A program made the translations under genes and the position numbers. This document shows positions 26,318-37,097 of a stretch of DNA of 64,000 nt, piece after piece. Under the pieces are notes generated by a model. It was not told where the DNA came from, made no database searches, and saw nothing but the letters and a program-made list of their open reading frames with translations. The stretch's first letter is position 1. Each line of letters opens with the position of its first letter. This DNA is from Kiritimatiellia bacterium (GTDB taxonomy: Bacteria > Verrucomicrobiota > Kiritimatiellia > CAIVKH01): assembly GCA_023953695.1 (NCBI GenBank), contig JAMLJG010000003.1:106885-170884 (forward strand), given 5' to 3'.

Positions 26318-26836
26318 CTATTGATTCTCGCGTTCCGCTGCTCGCTCCTGAGCCTCATTGATATTGCGCAGCAGGACGGTATCACCTGCATTAAGAAGAT
26401 CCATCCCGATATCAATCTTTCGATCCCGGATCACCTTCTTGAGCTTGCGCGCCACAGATGCCCCGTTTTCTCGGACCAGCAACACAATGTATTGACTTGA
26501 GCTGCGCGCTTCCACGCGATCCAAGAACTGTTCGAACTTGTTATTCTTGTCCTCCAAGTCGTGCACGGCGACTTCCTCTTCACCAGGATGGATAATCATG
26601 CGGTCGCGGTAGACCTCCAAATACCACGGGCTCTTAAGCACATTGCCCTTGGGGTCCACAACCTCTTTGTCTAGGGCCGGATCCATTCCCTGCGGGATGA
26701 TGGACGTGATCTGCACGTTTTCCGGGTTGGCAGAGATCACGATAATATTGCTGATCATGATGGTCACCAAGCAACCCGTGAGCATCAAGATGACGCACAT
26801 GAAGGACGAAAAGTCTGTTTTTGTCTCCGTTGCCAC
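26318..26836 (-). CDS. ExbD/TolR-family protein
   Basis: A single N-terminal TM segment (DFSSFMCVILMLTGCLVTIMI) with a periplasmic ExbD-like C-terminal domain. Confidence 0.5.
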   Translation of the reverse strand: MATETKTDFSSFMCVILMLTGCLVTIMISNIIVISANPENVQITSIIPQGMDPALDKEVVDPKGNVLKSPWYLEVYRDRMIIHPGEEEVAVHDLEDKNNKFEQFLDRVEARSSSQYIVLLVRENGASVARKLKKVIRDRKIDIGMDLLNAGDTVLLRNINEAQERAAERENQ

Positions 26837-26856
26837 AGCGGCTCGCTTTTTGGCTT

Positions 26857-28347
26857 CTATTCTTCGCGCAGCGTAATTACGCGCGGCTTGCTTAGCCGTG
26901 CGCAGAAATCCGTCGTCGTAGTTAGATGCTTACGCAAATCATCGAGCGTGGCGCGGAATTGTTCCGATCCCGCCACAGCGCTCATGTTCTGATCGATAGA
27001 TTGGCTGACCTTGAGCAAGTTTTCGATATTGGCCGCTAGTTTGGAGACTTCCTGCATGCGCGCCGCGAGGTCGCGGGCTGCACTCAGGGTGTTTTCAGCC
27101 ACTTGCTGCGTATTTGTTTGGATCGCCTCCGCCCCCTCTTTATAGGACCTGGCGATTCGCTCTGTTGTCGCATTGATATCCGTGACGACTTCCTTGAAGC
27201 GATTGACCTCTTCCATGCCGGCTTTGTGACGCGCTTCGAGCGTCAGATCATCCTGTTTGCGGATCTCATCCGCGATTCCGCGCAAACTCTGTTCAACGGA
27301 CGCCCCCGCTCCCTGCAGATTTTCGGCCAGTCGCTGGCTCAAGTCGCGCAGGGTCGTTTCATAGCGCGTTGAGAGTCCGCCAAAGCGCTCCTCGACAGCC
27401 GACGCGGCTTTGTCAATTGAGCGAGTGAAAACTTCATCATACCGGTCCGGATCGGGGATATAGCGGCGAAACGCGGATTCAATTGAATCTTCGAGATTCT
27501 CAATAACGATCGGCTTCTGCTCGGGGGATGGGAGTCGCGCCAAAAGGACGTCGTCCAGATAATTATCAAGCTCGCCGAAGAGATTTTCTTCGCGTCGCTG
27601 GAAGGATGTGAGAGGGAACATGAGAAGGGTTGTCAGCACCAACGCAAGCAGCGTCGTGTCGAATGCGACACCGAGACCGACCGTCACTTGTCCGATGGCT
27701 TCCTTAATCGCGCCCACATCCGCAGAGCCACCCAAGACGCCGAAGCCCGCTACGGCGACGCCCAGTCCTTGCACCGTGCCGATAAACCCGAGAATTGGAA
27801 TGGCCCACATGAGCACGCGAGAGAGTGCGTACGAGGAGTCTGAATTACCCTGGTCGCGTGCGGATTCAGACTGCAAGTATGTAGAAACACGAGAGACGTC
27901 TTTGCTGGCAAGCCATAGCGCCAATGCGCGGTCCATGCGATTCAGCAGGATGCTCCACGAGAACTCCTCGTGCTGAGGCAACGTGTCGCGAAACGCTTGA
28001 AGCGCCTGGTCATCGTTCAAATCCATTTCGGGAGGGATTGGATTAGCCGCTATAACGCGCGCGTTTCGATTCACGATGCGGCTCTTGAGAAAAATCTGCG
28101 CGCAAACCATGAACGCCATGAACAGCTCCAAGTACTGCACAGGGCCTCGGGCATTAACGATGCCATAGAGGTAGTCCGCTTTGGTGCCTTTCAGGGGAAT
28201 TACCGCGACGGAAATGAGAACCGTGCCGACAATACCGGCGAGGAGCTGAATAAATACGTTCGCATCGGTGCCAGGCCTCGCGCCTCGAAGTGATTGATAG
28301 TCCTCGGTCTGAACGTCCATTACCAGTTCAGTATTCTCGTCTTCCAT
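26857..28347 (-). CDS. MotA/TolQ/ExbB-family proton channel protein with a roughly 230-aa C-terminal coiled-coil extension
   Basis: Channel core MWAIPILGFIGTVQGL...TTLLALVLTTLLMFP. A long, E/R/Q-rich, heptad-like C-terminus. Confidence 0.65.
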   Translation of the reverse strand: MEDENTELVMDVQTEDYQSLRGARPGTDANVFIQLLAGIVGTVLISVAVIPLKGTKADYLYGIVNARGPVQYLELFMAFMVCAQIFLKSRIVNRNARVIAANPIPPEMDLNDDQALQAFRDTLPQHEEFSWSILLNRMDRALALWLASKDVSRVSTYLQSESARDQGNSDSSYALSRVLMWAIPILGFIGTVQGLGVAVAGFGVLGGSADVGAIKEAIGQVTVGLGVAFDTTLLALVLTTLLMFPLTSFQRREENLFGELDNYLDDVLLARLPSPEQKPIVIENLEDSIESAFRRYIPDPDRYDEVFTRSIDKAASAVEERFGGLSTRYETTLRDLSQRLAENLQGAGASVEQSLRGIADEIRKQDDLTLEARHKAGMEEVNRFKEVVTDINATTERIARSYKEGAEAIQTNTQQVAENTLSAARDLAARMQEVSKLAANIENLLKVSQSIDQNMSAVAGSEQFRATLDDLRKHLTTTTDFCARLSKPRVITLREE

Positions 28348-28476
28348 GGGACCCCCTGAGTGCGTAACAACACATGTACTTTTGCAGCGCGTTTGCTTGA
28401 ACGCACCTGCGATATTGAATAATCGTTGGCGGAGGTCGGGAAGTCAATATCTCTCTACAAGAAACGAGTGGATTCG

Positions 28477-29439
28477 ATGAAGTTCGATATTTTTTTCTAC
28501 GAAGCATTCGAAGAAGAGCAGGTCGCGCTCAGACGGATTTTGCCCGGCGACATCCGAGCCGGGTATTCCGCTGAGACCATTCAGCGCTCCGGCCACAACG
28601 CTCCCCCCGCTTCCCTTCTCAGCATCCGAACGCAATCTGATTTACCTATTGACTGGCATCCAGCAGTTCATGGGGTTCTCGCTCGCTCCACAGGCTACGA
28701 CCATCTCCTTCCGATCCGAGAGCGAGTGCATGCCCCGCTCCTGGCGAGCTTACCTGAATACTGCAGCAGAGCGGTCGCCGAACAAGCTGCGCTTCTCTGG
28801 ATGGCGCTTCTGCGGAAACTTCCAGCTCAGCAGCGCCAGTGGGCTCACTTCAATCGCGACAATTTGACGGGCGGCGAAAATGAGGGGCGCACGCTACTGG
28901 TCGCTGGTGTGGGGCGAATCGGACATGAAGTGGCTCGGATTGGGCGCGGTCTGGGCATGCGTGTGCGCGGGGTGGACATCACACCGCGCCATAAAGACAT
29001 TGACTATGTTTCTTTGGAAGAAGGCATTGCGGATGCAGACGTCGTCGTCTCCTCCATGAATCTCACTCCGGACAATCGAGGCATATTTGCCTATTCGCTG
29101 CTGCGTCACGCCAAACGAGGCTGTATTTTTGTCAATGTAGCGCGGGGCGAACTGGCCATCATCTCCGATCTGGCGCGCCTCCTCGCTGAGGGAATATTGG
29201 GCGGCGTTGGCTTGGATGTCTTTAATGATGAGATTCACGTAGCGGACGCACTTCGACAGGACTCACCCCACCCCGAGGCAGAGCGACTGCGCTCGCTCGC
29301 GCTCAACCCGAATGTGATTCTCACCCCCCACAATGCCTTCAATACCACCGAAGCGGTATGGCGAAAGGCTGACCTCAGCTCGAGTCAAGTCCTCCACTTC
29401 CTGCAGCATGGCGTTTTTGCGTGGCCGCTCCCGGGCTAA
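28477..29439 (+). CDS. D-isomer-specific 2-hydroxyacid dehydrogenase family protein
   Basis: Rossmann motif LVAGVGRIGHEVARIG and catalytic region VARGELAI...GLDVF..E...PNVILTPH. The track start at 28426 is TTG; the first ATG is at 28477. Confidence 0.8.
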   Translation: MKFDIFFYEAFEEEQVALRRILPGDIRAGYSAETIQRSGHNAPPASLLSIRTQSDLPIDWHPAVHGVLARSTGYDHLLPIRERVHAPLLASLPEYCSRAVAEQAALLWMALLRKLPAQQRQWAHFNRDNLTGGENEGRTLLVAGVGRIGHEVARIGRGLGMRVRGVDITPRHKDIDYVSLEEGIADADVVVSSMNLTPDNRGIFAYSLLRHAKRGCIFVNVARGELAIISDLARLLAEGILGGVGLDVFNDEIHVADALRQDSPHPEAERLRSLALNPNVILTPHNAFNTTEAVWRKADLSSSQVLHFLQHGVFAWPLPG

Positions 29440-29514
29440 AACTCCCTTTACAGCGCATTTGACAGGTGCCTCCTCGTCCTGCACCATCCCCCTCCTAACT
29501 AAGAAAGGCCCTCC

Positions 29515-30567
29515 ATGTCCTCCTCTCATCTGATCACACTTTCAACGGCCGCCCTCCTGGCGCTCTCCACGGTGGGTTGCAAACAGGAATCTATAGCCCC
29601 GCAACGACCCACAACAGGTGAAAACCAGATGTCTTCAATTTTTGAAAAACCCGTCCCCTCTGCCCCATCACACCTTCCGACAACGGGTGTGGTCGCTACG
29701 GTCAATGGAGTGGAAATTTCGGCAGAAGCGGTCGCTAAAGAAGTAAATACCGCTCTGGCACGCATGCAGCGTCAACTTCCCCCTGAACAACTGGCGCAGA
29801 TGGCGCCCCGCATTCAGCAGGAAGTTCGCGACCAATTGATTGCTCGCCAACTTCTTCTCCAAGAAGCCGACCGCCAGCAGATCGCTTTGAGCGACGAAGA
29901 ATTCGGTGCAGCGCGGGCTAAGCTGGAAGCCTCCCTCCCTCCCGGCATGACACTGGCCCATATCCTTGAGCAGCGCGGTCTTTCGGAAGAACAGTTCAAG
30001 AAGGATTTCGGCGATGAAATGCGTATTAGCCAGTTGATCGAAGCGGCCACATCAAACAAGGTTCAGGTGTCCGATGAAGAAGTGAATGCGTTCTACAAAG
30101 AAAACGCTGACAAATTTGAACAGCCAGAGACCGCAACAGCCCGCCACATTCTTATCGCGGTCCAAGACGGCGATAACAAAGACGAGAAGAAGGCCAAAGC
30201 CGAGGGCATTCGCGAGCGTCTGCTCGCCGGTGAAGATTTCGCAACGGTTGCCGCTGCTGAAACCGATGATCCGGGCAGCAAGGCAACAGGCGGCGAATAT
30301 ACCTTCCCGCGCGGCCGCATGGTCCCCGCCTTCGAAGAAGCCGCATTTACGCAAGACATCGGCGCTGTGGGCCCGCTCGTCGAAACACAATTTGGCTATC
30401 ACATCATCAAGGTGGAGAAACGCGAAGATGCGCGCGTGATTCCTCTCGAGGAAGCACACAGCAATATCGCGCAATTTCTTCGCTCCCGCAAAATGCCCGC
30501 GCTCGTGCAGGAATATATCTCCTCCCTTCGTTCGAACGCAGACGTATCGGTTGTCGGCGAGGATTAA
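29515..30567 (+). CDS. Parvulin-type peptidyl-prolyl cis-trans isomerase lipoprotein (PrsA/SurA-like)
   Basis: Lipobox LSTVGC and a SurA-N-like helical region, plus the parvulin domain RHILIAV...FGYHIIKVE. Confidence 0.75.
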   Translation: MSSSHLITLSTAALLALSTVGCKQESIAPQRPTTGENQMSSIFEKPVPSAPSHLPTTGVVATVNGVEISAEAVAKEVNTALARMQRQLPPEQLAQMAPRIQQEVRDQLIARQLLLQEADRQQIALSDEEFGAARAKLEASLPPGMTLAHILEQRGLSEEQFKKDFGDEMRISQLIEAATSNKVQVSDEEVNAFYKENADKFEQPETATARHILIAVQDGDNKDEKKAKAEGIRERLLAGEDFATVAAAETDDPGSKATGGEYTFPRGRMVPAFEEAAFTQDIGAVGPLVETQFGYHIIKVEKREDARVIPLEEAHSNIAQFLRSRKMPALVQEYISSLRSNADVSVVGED

Positions 30568-30593
30568 TCGCCCAAGCACTCGCGGAGCCATGC

Positions 30594-31376
30594 ATGAATC
30601 TCGGACTTGAAGGTCGGCATGCATGGCTCGGCGCCGCGAGCGATGGCCTTGGCTACGCTTGCGCTCACGCCCTCGTTGAGGAAGGCTGCCACGCCACCCT
30701 TGTGGCACGGCGACTCGATCAACTGGATCGCGCGCGCAATCAACTAGCCGCTGCCGAAAGGGTCCGCACCCTCTCTCTGGACTTGGGCACGATGGAGGGC
30801 CAAGTTGCGGCATGCGCAGACATCGAGCGAACCGAGCCGGATATTCTATTGCTCAATACGGGTGGGCCCCCGCCCGGCGGGACCACAGAACACAGCGAAG
30901 AAGCGTGGGAGCATGCCCAGCAGTTGATTCTGGCATCGGCCCGCAAACTCACTGCTGCGGCGTTGCCAGCGATGCGAAGAAGGCGCTGGGGCCGCATCAT
31001 TGCCATCGCCTCCTTCACTGTAATTGAACCTGCTGAGCGCTTGGCGCTCAGCAACGTCTTTCGAACCGCGCTAGTCGCTTACCTCAAAACGCTGTCGCGC
31101 GAAGTGGCGGCAGAGGGCATCACGGTGAATTGCGTTTTGCCGGGCAATTTTCTCACCAGCCGCCTACGGCAACTGATTGCAGATCGCGCAAAGCGCGAGG
31201 GAAAATCGGACAACGAAATTGAGGATGCCATGCGGGCCGCATTGCCGCAGCGCAGATTCCAAGACACCGCCGACCTCGCAGCCCTCGTCGCCCTTCTCTC
31301 CTCGGAGCGCGGCGCGTCCATCACGGGCACGGCTATTCCCGTTGATGGCGGAATGTCCCGATTCCTGTTGGGCTAA
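30594..31376 (+). CDS. Short-chain dehydrogenase/reductase (SDR) family oxidoreductase
   Basis: Gly-rich NAD(P)-binding N-terminus GAASDGLG and an SDR C-terminal pattern. Confidence 0.75.
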   Translation: MNLGLEGRHAWLGAASDGLGYACAHALVEEGCHATLVARRLDQLDRARNQLAAAERVRTLSLDLGTMEGQVAACADIERTEPDILLLNTGGPPPGGTTEHSEEAWEHAQQLILASARKLTAAALPAMRRRRWGRIIAIASFTVIEPAERLALSNVFRTALVAYLKTLSREVAAEGITVNCVLPGNFLTSRLRQLIADRAKREGKSDNEIEDAMRAALPQRRFQDTADLAALVALLSSERGASITGTAIPVDGGMSRFLLG

Positions 31377-31387
31377 CCCAACTGCAG

Positions 31388-33889
31388 CTAACTCGTTCCG
31401 GCGAGCTGACTGAACTTCAGGCGATCGCCATCGGCCGTCACTTCAATCGTTTCCACGTTCGACAAGTTGCCGCGCAGAATCTCCTCTGCCAGCGGGTCCT
31501 CAAGATGGCGCTCCACTGCGCGACGCAGCGGGCGCGCTCCGTACGCCGTGTCGAATCCTTTGGAAAGGAGGAACTCGCGTGCAGAATCCGCCAAGTGGAG
31601 TTCCACCTTGCGAGCCGCCAGACGCGACTTCACCTTCTTGACCTCAAAATCGAGGATGCGCATGACATCTTCCCGCACCAACTGGCGAAAAACGATGATG
31701 TCGTCAATTCGGTTCAACAACTCCGGCTTGAACGAGCGCTTGGCCTCTTCCAGCATCTGTGTCTTGAGGCGCTCATAATCGGCAGCTGCCGTCACCTCGC
31801 CGAAGCCCAGGCCACTCCCCTTCCGAATCAATTCTGCCCCGATGTTGGAGGTCATAATGACCACTGTATTGCGGAAATCTACGGTTCGCCCAAGGCTATC
31901 GGTCAGCTTACCTTCTTCCAAAATCTGCAGAAGAATGTGCATGACATCGGGATGCGCCTTTTCGATTTCGTCGAAGAGGACAACGGAATAAGGACGGCGG
32001 CGGACTTTCTCGGTGAGTTGTCCGCCTTCGTCATAACCCACATAACCCGGGGGAGAACCGACCAATCGCGAGACCGCAAACTTCTCCATGTATTCCGACA
32101 TGTCTATTTGAATCAGCGCATCGGAATCGTTGAACATGAACTCCGCCAGCGCCTTCGCCAGCAAGGTCTTTCCAACACCAGTGGGACCCAGGAAGACAAA
32201 GGAGCCGATGGGGCGCTTCGGATCCCGCAGATCCGCTCGCGAACGTCGCAAGGCTTTTGAAATGGAACTGACGGCGGCGGGCTGACCGATCACTGTTTTC
32301 TGGAGTTCGTCCTCCATGAGGAGCAAGCGCGCGGTCTCCGCCTCCTCCATGCGGGCGAGGGGAATGCCCGTCCACTTGGAAATAATCGTCATGATATCTT
32401 CCGCGCCGACCGTCACGACGGTTTCATCACGCGATTTGCGCCAATCGGCTAGCAATTTCTCAACTTCCTCAGTGGCCTTGCGCTCTTGATCTCGAAAAGC
32501 GGCGGCCTCTTCAAACTGTTGTGACCGACTGGCGTCTTCCTTTCTCTTGCGGATATCTTCGATCTGGGCTTCCTTTTCTTTGATGTCCGGTGGCCGGGTC
32601 ATCGCAGAAATTCGCGCGCGCGCGCCAGCCTCATCCATCACGTCAATGGCCTTGTCCGGAAGAAAGCGATCATTCAGGTATCGAGCAGATAGCTCAACCG
32701 CCGTTGTCAGCGCCTCATCCGAAATCTTCGCGTGGTGGTGCGCCTCATAGCGCGGGCGCAATCCGCGCAGGATTTCGATCGCCTCTTGGATCGTCGGCTC
32801 CTTGACCATAACGGATTGGAATCGCCGCTCCAACGCCGCATCCTTTTCAATGAATTTGCGATACTCTGTCATCGTCGTTGCACCGATGCACTGCATCTCG
32901 CCGCGCGAGAGCGCGGGCTTGATGATGTTCGACGCATCCATGGCGCCTTCGGCAGAGCCCGCGCCGACAATGGTGTGAAGCTCGTCAATGAAGAGGATGA
33001 TGTTCTTGGCTCGCTTGATTTCATCCATTACCGCTTTGATTCTCTCCTCAAACTGACCGCGGTATTTTGTCCCCGCCACCATCAAGGCCAGGTCCAAGGT
33101 CACCACGCGCTTGCCGCGCAACAACTCCGGCACATCGCCGCGCGCGACTTGCTGCGCCAATCCTTCGACAATCGCGGTCTTTCCGACGCCCGCTTCGCCC
33201 AACAAGACCGGATTGTTTTTGCTGCGGCGACACAGAATCTGGACCACGCGTTCGATTTCATTCGCACGGCCGATAACCGGGTCCAACTCTCCCTTGCCTG
33301 CCAGCTCCGTCAGATCGCGACCAAATGCGCTCAGCGCCGGAGTCTTCGGGTCTTTCGATTGCGCGCTGGCAGGGCCACTCGAAGAAGAACTCGATCCTTC
33401 ACCCGCGCCTTCATCCGGCGCCTCTTCCGCCCCTTGACTCGGGTTGCCTTCGTAGTTCGGGTCCAACTCTTTCATGATCTCAACGCGCGTTTTTTCTAAA
33501 TCGAGGCCGAGATTTCGCAAGACCCGCGAGGCAACTCCTTCGCCTTCGCGCAGGAGACCGAGCAAGATGTGTTCGGTTCCCACGTAGGCGTGATTTAGCG
33601 CGTGGGCCTCGCTCCCGGCTAACGTCAAAACTTTCTTCACGCGAGGCGTGAACGGCAAATTTCCCATGGCGATGGTTTGCGGTCCCGTTCCAACTGCCTT
33701 CTCAACTTCAAGGCGAACCGCTTCCAAGTTCACTCCCATTCGCTGTAGGACGTTAACGGCAACGCCCTGGCCGAGAACGATGATTCCCAACAAGAGGTGC
33801 TCGGTGCCGACATAAGCATGGTTGAACCGATCCGCCTCTTTGCGAGCGAGCTGCAAGACCTGTTGAGCGCGTGGAGTAAAATTATTCAT
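31388..33889 (-). CDS. clpC: ATP-dependent Clp protease ATP-binding subunit ClpC (class I Clp/Hsp100)
   Basis: Two Clp_N repeats, two AAA+ modules ([15 protein letters not shown] and [15 protein letters not shown]) and a UVR-like linker. Confidence 0.9.
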   Translation of the reverse strand: MNNFTPRAQQVLQLARKEADRFNHAYVGTEHLLLGIIVLGQGVAVNVLQRMGVNLEAVRLEVEKAVGTGPQTIAMGNLPFTPRVKKVLTLAGSEAHALNHAYVGTEHILLGLLREGEGVASRVLRNLGLDLEKTRVEIMKELDPNYEGNPSQGAEEAPDEGAGEGSSSSSSGPASAQSKDPKTPALSAFGRDLTELAGKGELDPVIGRANEIERVVQILCRRSKNNPVLLGEAGVGKTAIVEGLAQQVARGDVPELLRGKRVVTLDLALMVAGTKYRGQFEERIKAVMDEIKRAKNIILFIDELHTIVGAGSAEGAMDASNIIKPALSRGEMQCIGATTMTEYRKFIEKDAALERRFQSVMVKEPTIQEAIEILRGLRPRYEAHHHAKISDEALTTAVELSARYLNDRFLPDKAIDVMDEAGARARISAMTRPPDIKEKEAQIEDIRKRKEDASRSQQFEEAAAFRDQERKATEEVEKLLADWRKSRDETVVTVGAEDIMTIISKWTGIPLARMEEAETARLLLMEDELQKTVIGQPAAVSSISKALRRSRADLRDPKRPIGSFVFLGPTGVGKTLLAKALAEFMFNDSDALIQIDMSEYMEKFAVSRLVGSPPGYVGYDEGGQLTEKVRRRPYSVVLFDEIEKAHPDVMHILLQILEEGKLTDSLGRTVDFRNTVVIMTSNIGAELIRKGSGLGFGEVTAAADYERLKTQMLEEAKRSFKPELLNRIDDIIVFRQLVREDVMRILDFEVKKVKSRLAARKVELHLADSAREFLLSKGFDTAYGARPLRRAVERHLEDPLAEEILRGNLSNVETIEVTADGDRLKFSQLAGTS

Positions 33890-34946
33890 TCGCTGTCCGA
33901 CTCCCGCGTCGCTTCGGGGGTGCGCTTAGCTTTTCTCTAACCAAGCGAGCCCTGTGGCGATCGCGTTCTTTCGGTTTTAATGCCTTATCTTCAATTTGTT
34001 GGAGATGTCCGGGCTGAGTCAATAGCAACAGCTCGTCCACGACCCGGCCACTCACTGAGGTCAATATACCCAAATCAATCCCCAAACGCAAACCCGACAG
34101 GAGGTCCATGGCCTCTTTCGATGTCAAAACATGTGCGTTCGCAAGGATTCCAAATGCCCGACCTACATGATCACGCAAGATGGTCTCGCGGCGCTCCAGG
34201 AGTCGCTCGCGCGCGTTCCGCTCATGATCAATCAACTCGAGAACAATCTGATCAATGACGGTCAAAATCTGTTCTTCGGAATCGCCGAGGGTCATTTGGT
34301 TCGAGATCTGGAACATATTGCCCGCTGCCTCGGTCCCCTCGCCCCACAGGCCGCGAACAGCCAGGCCAATCTTGCCCATGCCCTTGATCACGGGGCCGAT
34401 CTCATTCATCAGCACCATGCCCGGCAAATGCAGCATAACACTCGCGCGCATTCCTGTTCCCACATTGGTCGGACACGCAGTCAAATAGCCAAGTTTGGGG
34501 GAAAACGCATAGCGCAACTGCTCTTCCACCTCATTATCGAGCTGGTTCACTTCTTCCCAAATGGCCCGGAGGCTCAAACCTGGACGCATTCCTTGCAGAC
34601 GAAGATGATCCTCTTCGTTAACCATGGCGGAGAGTGTTTCATCGCCGCGAAAAACGAGGCCACTGCCCTTCTTCTTTTCCGCGTGCTCCCGACTGATCAA
34701 ATGACGCTCAAACAGAATCTGCTTCTGAAGTTCATCCAACGACTCCATCGCGAGACTGAAGGATGGTTTCAGGCAAGGCAACGATTCCACGATCGGCTGG
34801 ATACCCTTCCAGAGACGGTCGCATTCCTCTTCGCCGGCCCACCCCGGAAACGCAGTGTCGCGGACATTGCGCGCGAGACGAATGCGGCTACTGACCACAG
34901 GTCCTTCACCTCCGCCCACTGCCAGCCAAGCGCTCGGTTGCTTCAT
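33882..34946 (-). CDS. mcsB: Protein-arginine kinase McsB (ATP:guanido phosphotransferase family)
   Basis: SRIRLARNV...CPTNVGTGMRASVMLHLPG phosphagen-kinase active-site motifs. The likely start is at 34946 (MKQPSAWLA); the track ORF extends to 35012. Confidence 0.8.
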   Translation of the reverse strand: MKQPSAWLAVGGGEGPVVSSRIRLARNVRDTAFPGWAGEEECDRLWKGIQPIVESLPCLKPSFSLAMESLDELQKQILFERHLISREHAEKKKGSGLVFRGDETLSAMVNEEDHLRLQGMRPGLSLRAIWEEVNQLDNEVEEQLRYAFSPKLGYLTACPTNVGTGMRASVMLHLPGMVLMNEIGPVIKGMGKIGLAVRGLWGEGTEAAGNMFQISNQMTLGDSEEQILTVIDQIVLELIDHERNARERLLERRETILRDHVGRAFGILANAHVLTSKEAMDLLSGLRLGIDLGILTSVSGRVVDELLLLTQPGHLQQIEDKALKPKERDRHRARLVREKLSAPPKRRGSRTANE

Positions 34947-34960
34947 CAAGTCGGTGATCG

Positions 34961-35485
34961 TCACGACTTCCCTCGCGATTCGGATTCGGCATCCTCCAAA
35001 CGCTTCCGGCACTCGTTGATGCGGTCGCGAAGGGTGGCTGCCTCCTCGAACTTCTCAGCTGCAATAGCCTTATCCATTTTTCTCTGCAACGCAGATAGCT
35101 CCGCGCCCACTGTCACACGCGCGCCCTCGCGCTTGGGAATCTTGCCCGTATGCTGATCCGAGCGATGCATGGCCTTCAGCAAGGGCGGAAGCTCTTCTGC
35201 AAAGGCCTCGTAGCATGAGGCGCAGCCGAATCGTCCGGTCTTCTTAAAATCCGTCCTCCGCATGTGGCAACGCGGGCAGGCCCGTTCCACTTCTGGCTCC
35301 TCTTTCGATTTGCCCATGCCCATGCCCAACAAAAGGTCGGTCATGGAGAGCGGTTCCTTCGCATCAAAGCCTTGTTTCGCGGCACAGCCCTCGCACAGGT
35401 GCAGTTTTTTCACTGCACCATCAGCCACCTGGGTGAGGTGGACCGTCGCTTCACGCTCCTTGCAGGACTCGCACAACATGGCCAC
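34961..35485 (-). CDS. mcsA: McsA-like protein (Cys4 zinc-finger pairs plus UVR motif)
   Basis: CESC...CEGC and CPRC...CASC pairs, then a UVR-like EEAATLRDRI. Sits immediately upstream of mcsB. Confidence 0.65.
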   Translation of the reverse strand: MAMLCESCKEREATVHLTQVADGAVKKLHLCEGCAAKQGFDAKEPLSMTDLLLGMGMGKSKEEPEVERACPRCHMRRTDFKKTGRFGCASCYEAFAEELPPLLKAMHRSDQHTGKIPKREGARVTVGAELSALQRKMDKAIAAEKFEEAATLRDRINECRKRLEDAESESRGKS

Positions 35486-35488
35486 TAC

Positions 35489-36358
35489 TCACTTGATGGG
35501 CGCTCCGCTGCTGCGCGCAAAGGCCTTGAAGGCCTCCGCGAGCTCGCGCGTCTTCGCGCCGGGTTTGCCGTCGCCGATAGGGCGGCGATCTGCGTTCACC
35601 ACGCTGATGATTTCCGCCGCAGTGCCGGTCAAGAAGACTTCGTCTGCCGTGTACACATCGTAGCGCGTCAGAACCTCTTCGCGAACATCCATTCCGCGCT
35701 CGGCAGCGAGTTCCATCACCACGGCGCGCGTGATGCCTTCGAGCGAGCCGCACCATGGCGGCGGCGTCAAGAGGGTGTCTCCACGGATGACAAACACGTT
35801 ATCTCCTGAGGCCTCGGCGATATAGCCTTGGGGATTGAGCATCAAACACTCCATCACCCCGGCATTGATCGCTTCGATCTTCGCCAACACGTTGTTCAGA
35901 TAGTTCAGGCTCTTGATGCGCGGATTCACCGCCTCCACGTGGTTGCGGATCGTGCCGACCGTGATCACGGACAAACCCGTCTCATACAACTTGCGGGGAT
36001 ATAGCTGAATGGCCGCCGCGATGATGATTACCTGCGGCGTTTTGCAGAGATAGGGATTCAAGCCGAGGCTCCCCACTCCGCGCGTCACCACGAGGCGGAT
36101 ATAGCCATCCTTGATCTTGTTGGCCGCACAGGTCTTCACAACGGCCCGCGCCATTTCAGCCTTGGTCATGGGAATGTCCAAGGCGATCGCGCGCGCAGAG
36201 CGATAGAGGCGCTCGATATGCTCATCCAGCATGAACACGCGCCCGTTGTAGGCGCGAATCCCCTCGAACACCCCGTCGCCATACAGCAAGCCGTGGTCAA
36301 AGACAGAAACCGTTGCAGCCTTTTCAGGCACCAATTTCCCGTTCAAATAGATCTTCAT
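35489..36358 (-). CDS. ilvE: Branched-chain amino acid aminotransferase (class IV)
   Basis: FDHGLLYGDGVFEGIRAY...ECLMLNPQGYIAEASGDNVFV. The likely start is at 36358 (MKIYLNG) with GAGGAAG upstream. Confidence 0.85.
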   Translation of the reverse strand: MKIYLNGKLVPEKAATVSVFDHGLLYGDGVFEGIRAYNGRVFMLDEHIERLYRSARAIALDIPMTKAEMARAVVKTCAANKIKDGYIRLVVTRGVGSLGLNPYLCKTPQVIIIAAAIQLYPRKLYETGLSVITVGTIRNHVEAVNPRIKSLNYLNNVLAKIEAINAGVMECLMLNPQGYIAEASGDNVFVIRGDTLLTPPPWCGSLEGITRAVVMELAAERGMDVREEVLTRYDVYTADEVFLTGTAAEIISVVNADRRPIGDGKPGAKTRELAEAFKAFARSSGAPIK

Positions 36359-36404
36359 AGTTCTTCCTCGGTTCGTTGACCAAATCATTCAATGGGGGCC
36401 CATT

Positions 36405-37089
<685 letters not shown>

Positions 37090-37097
<8 letters not shown>

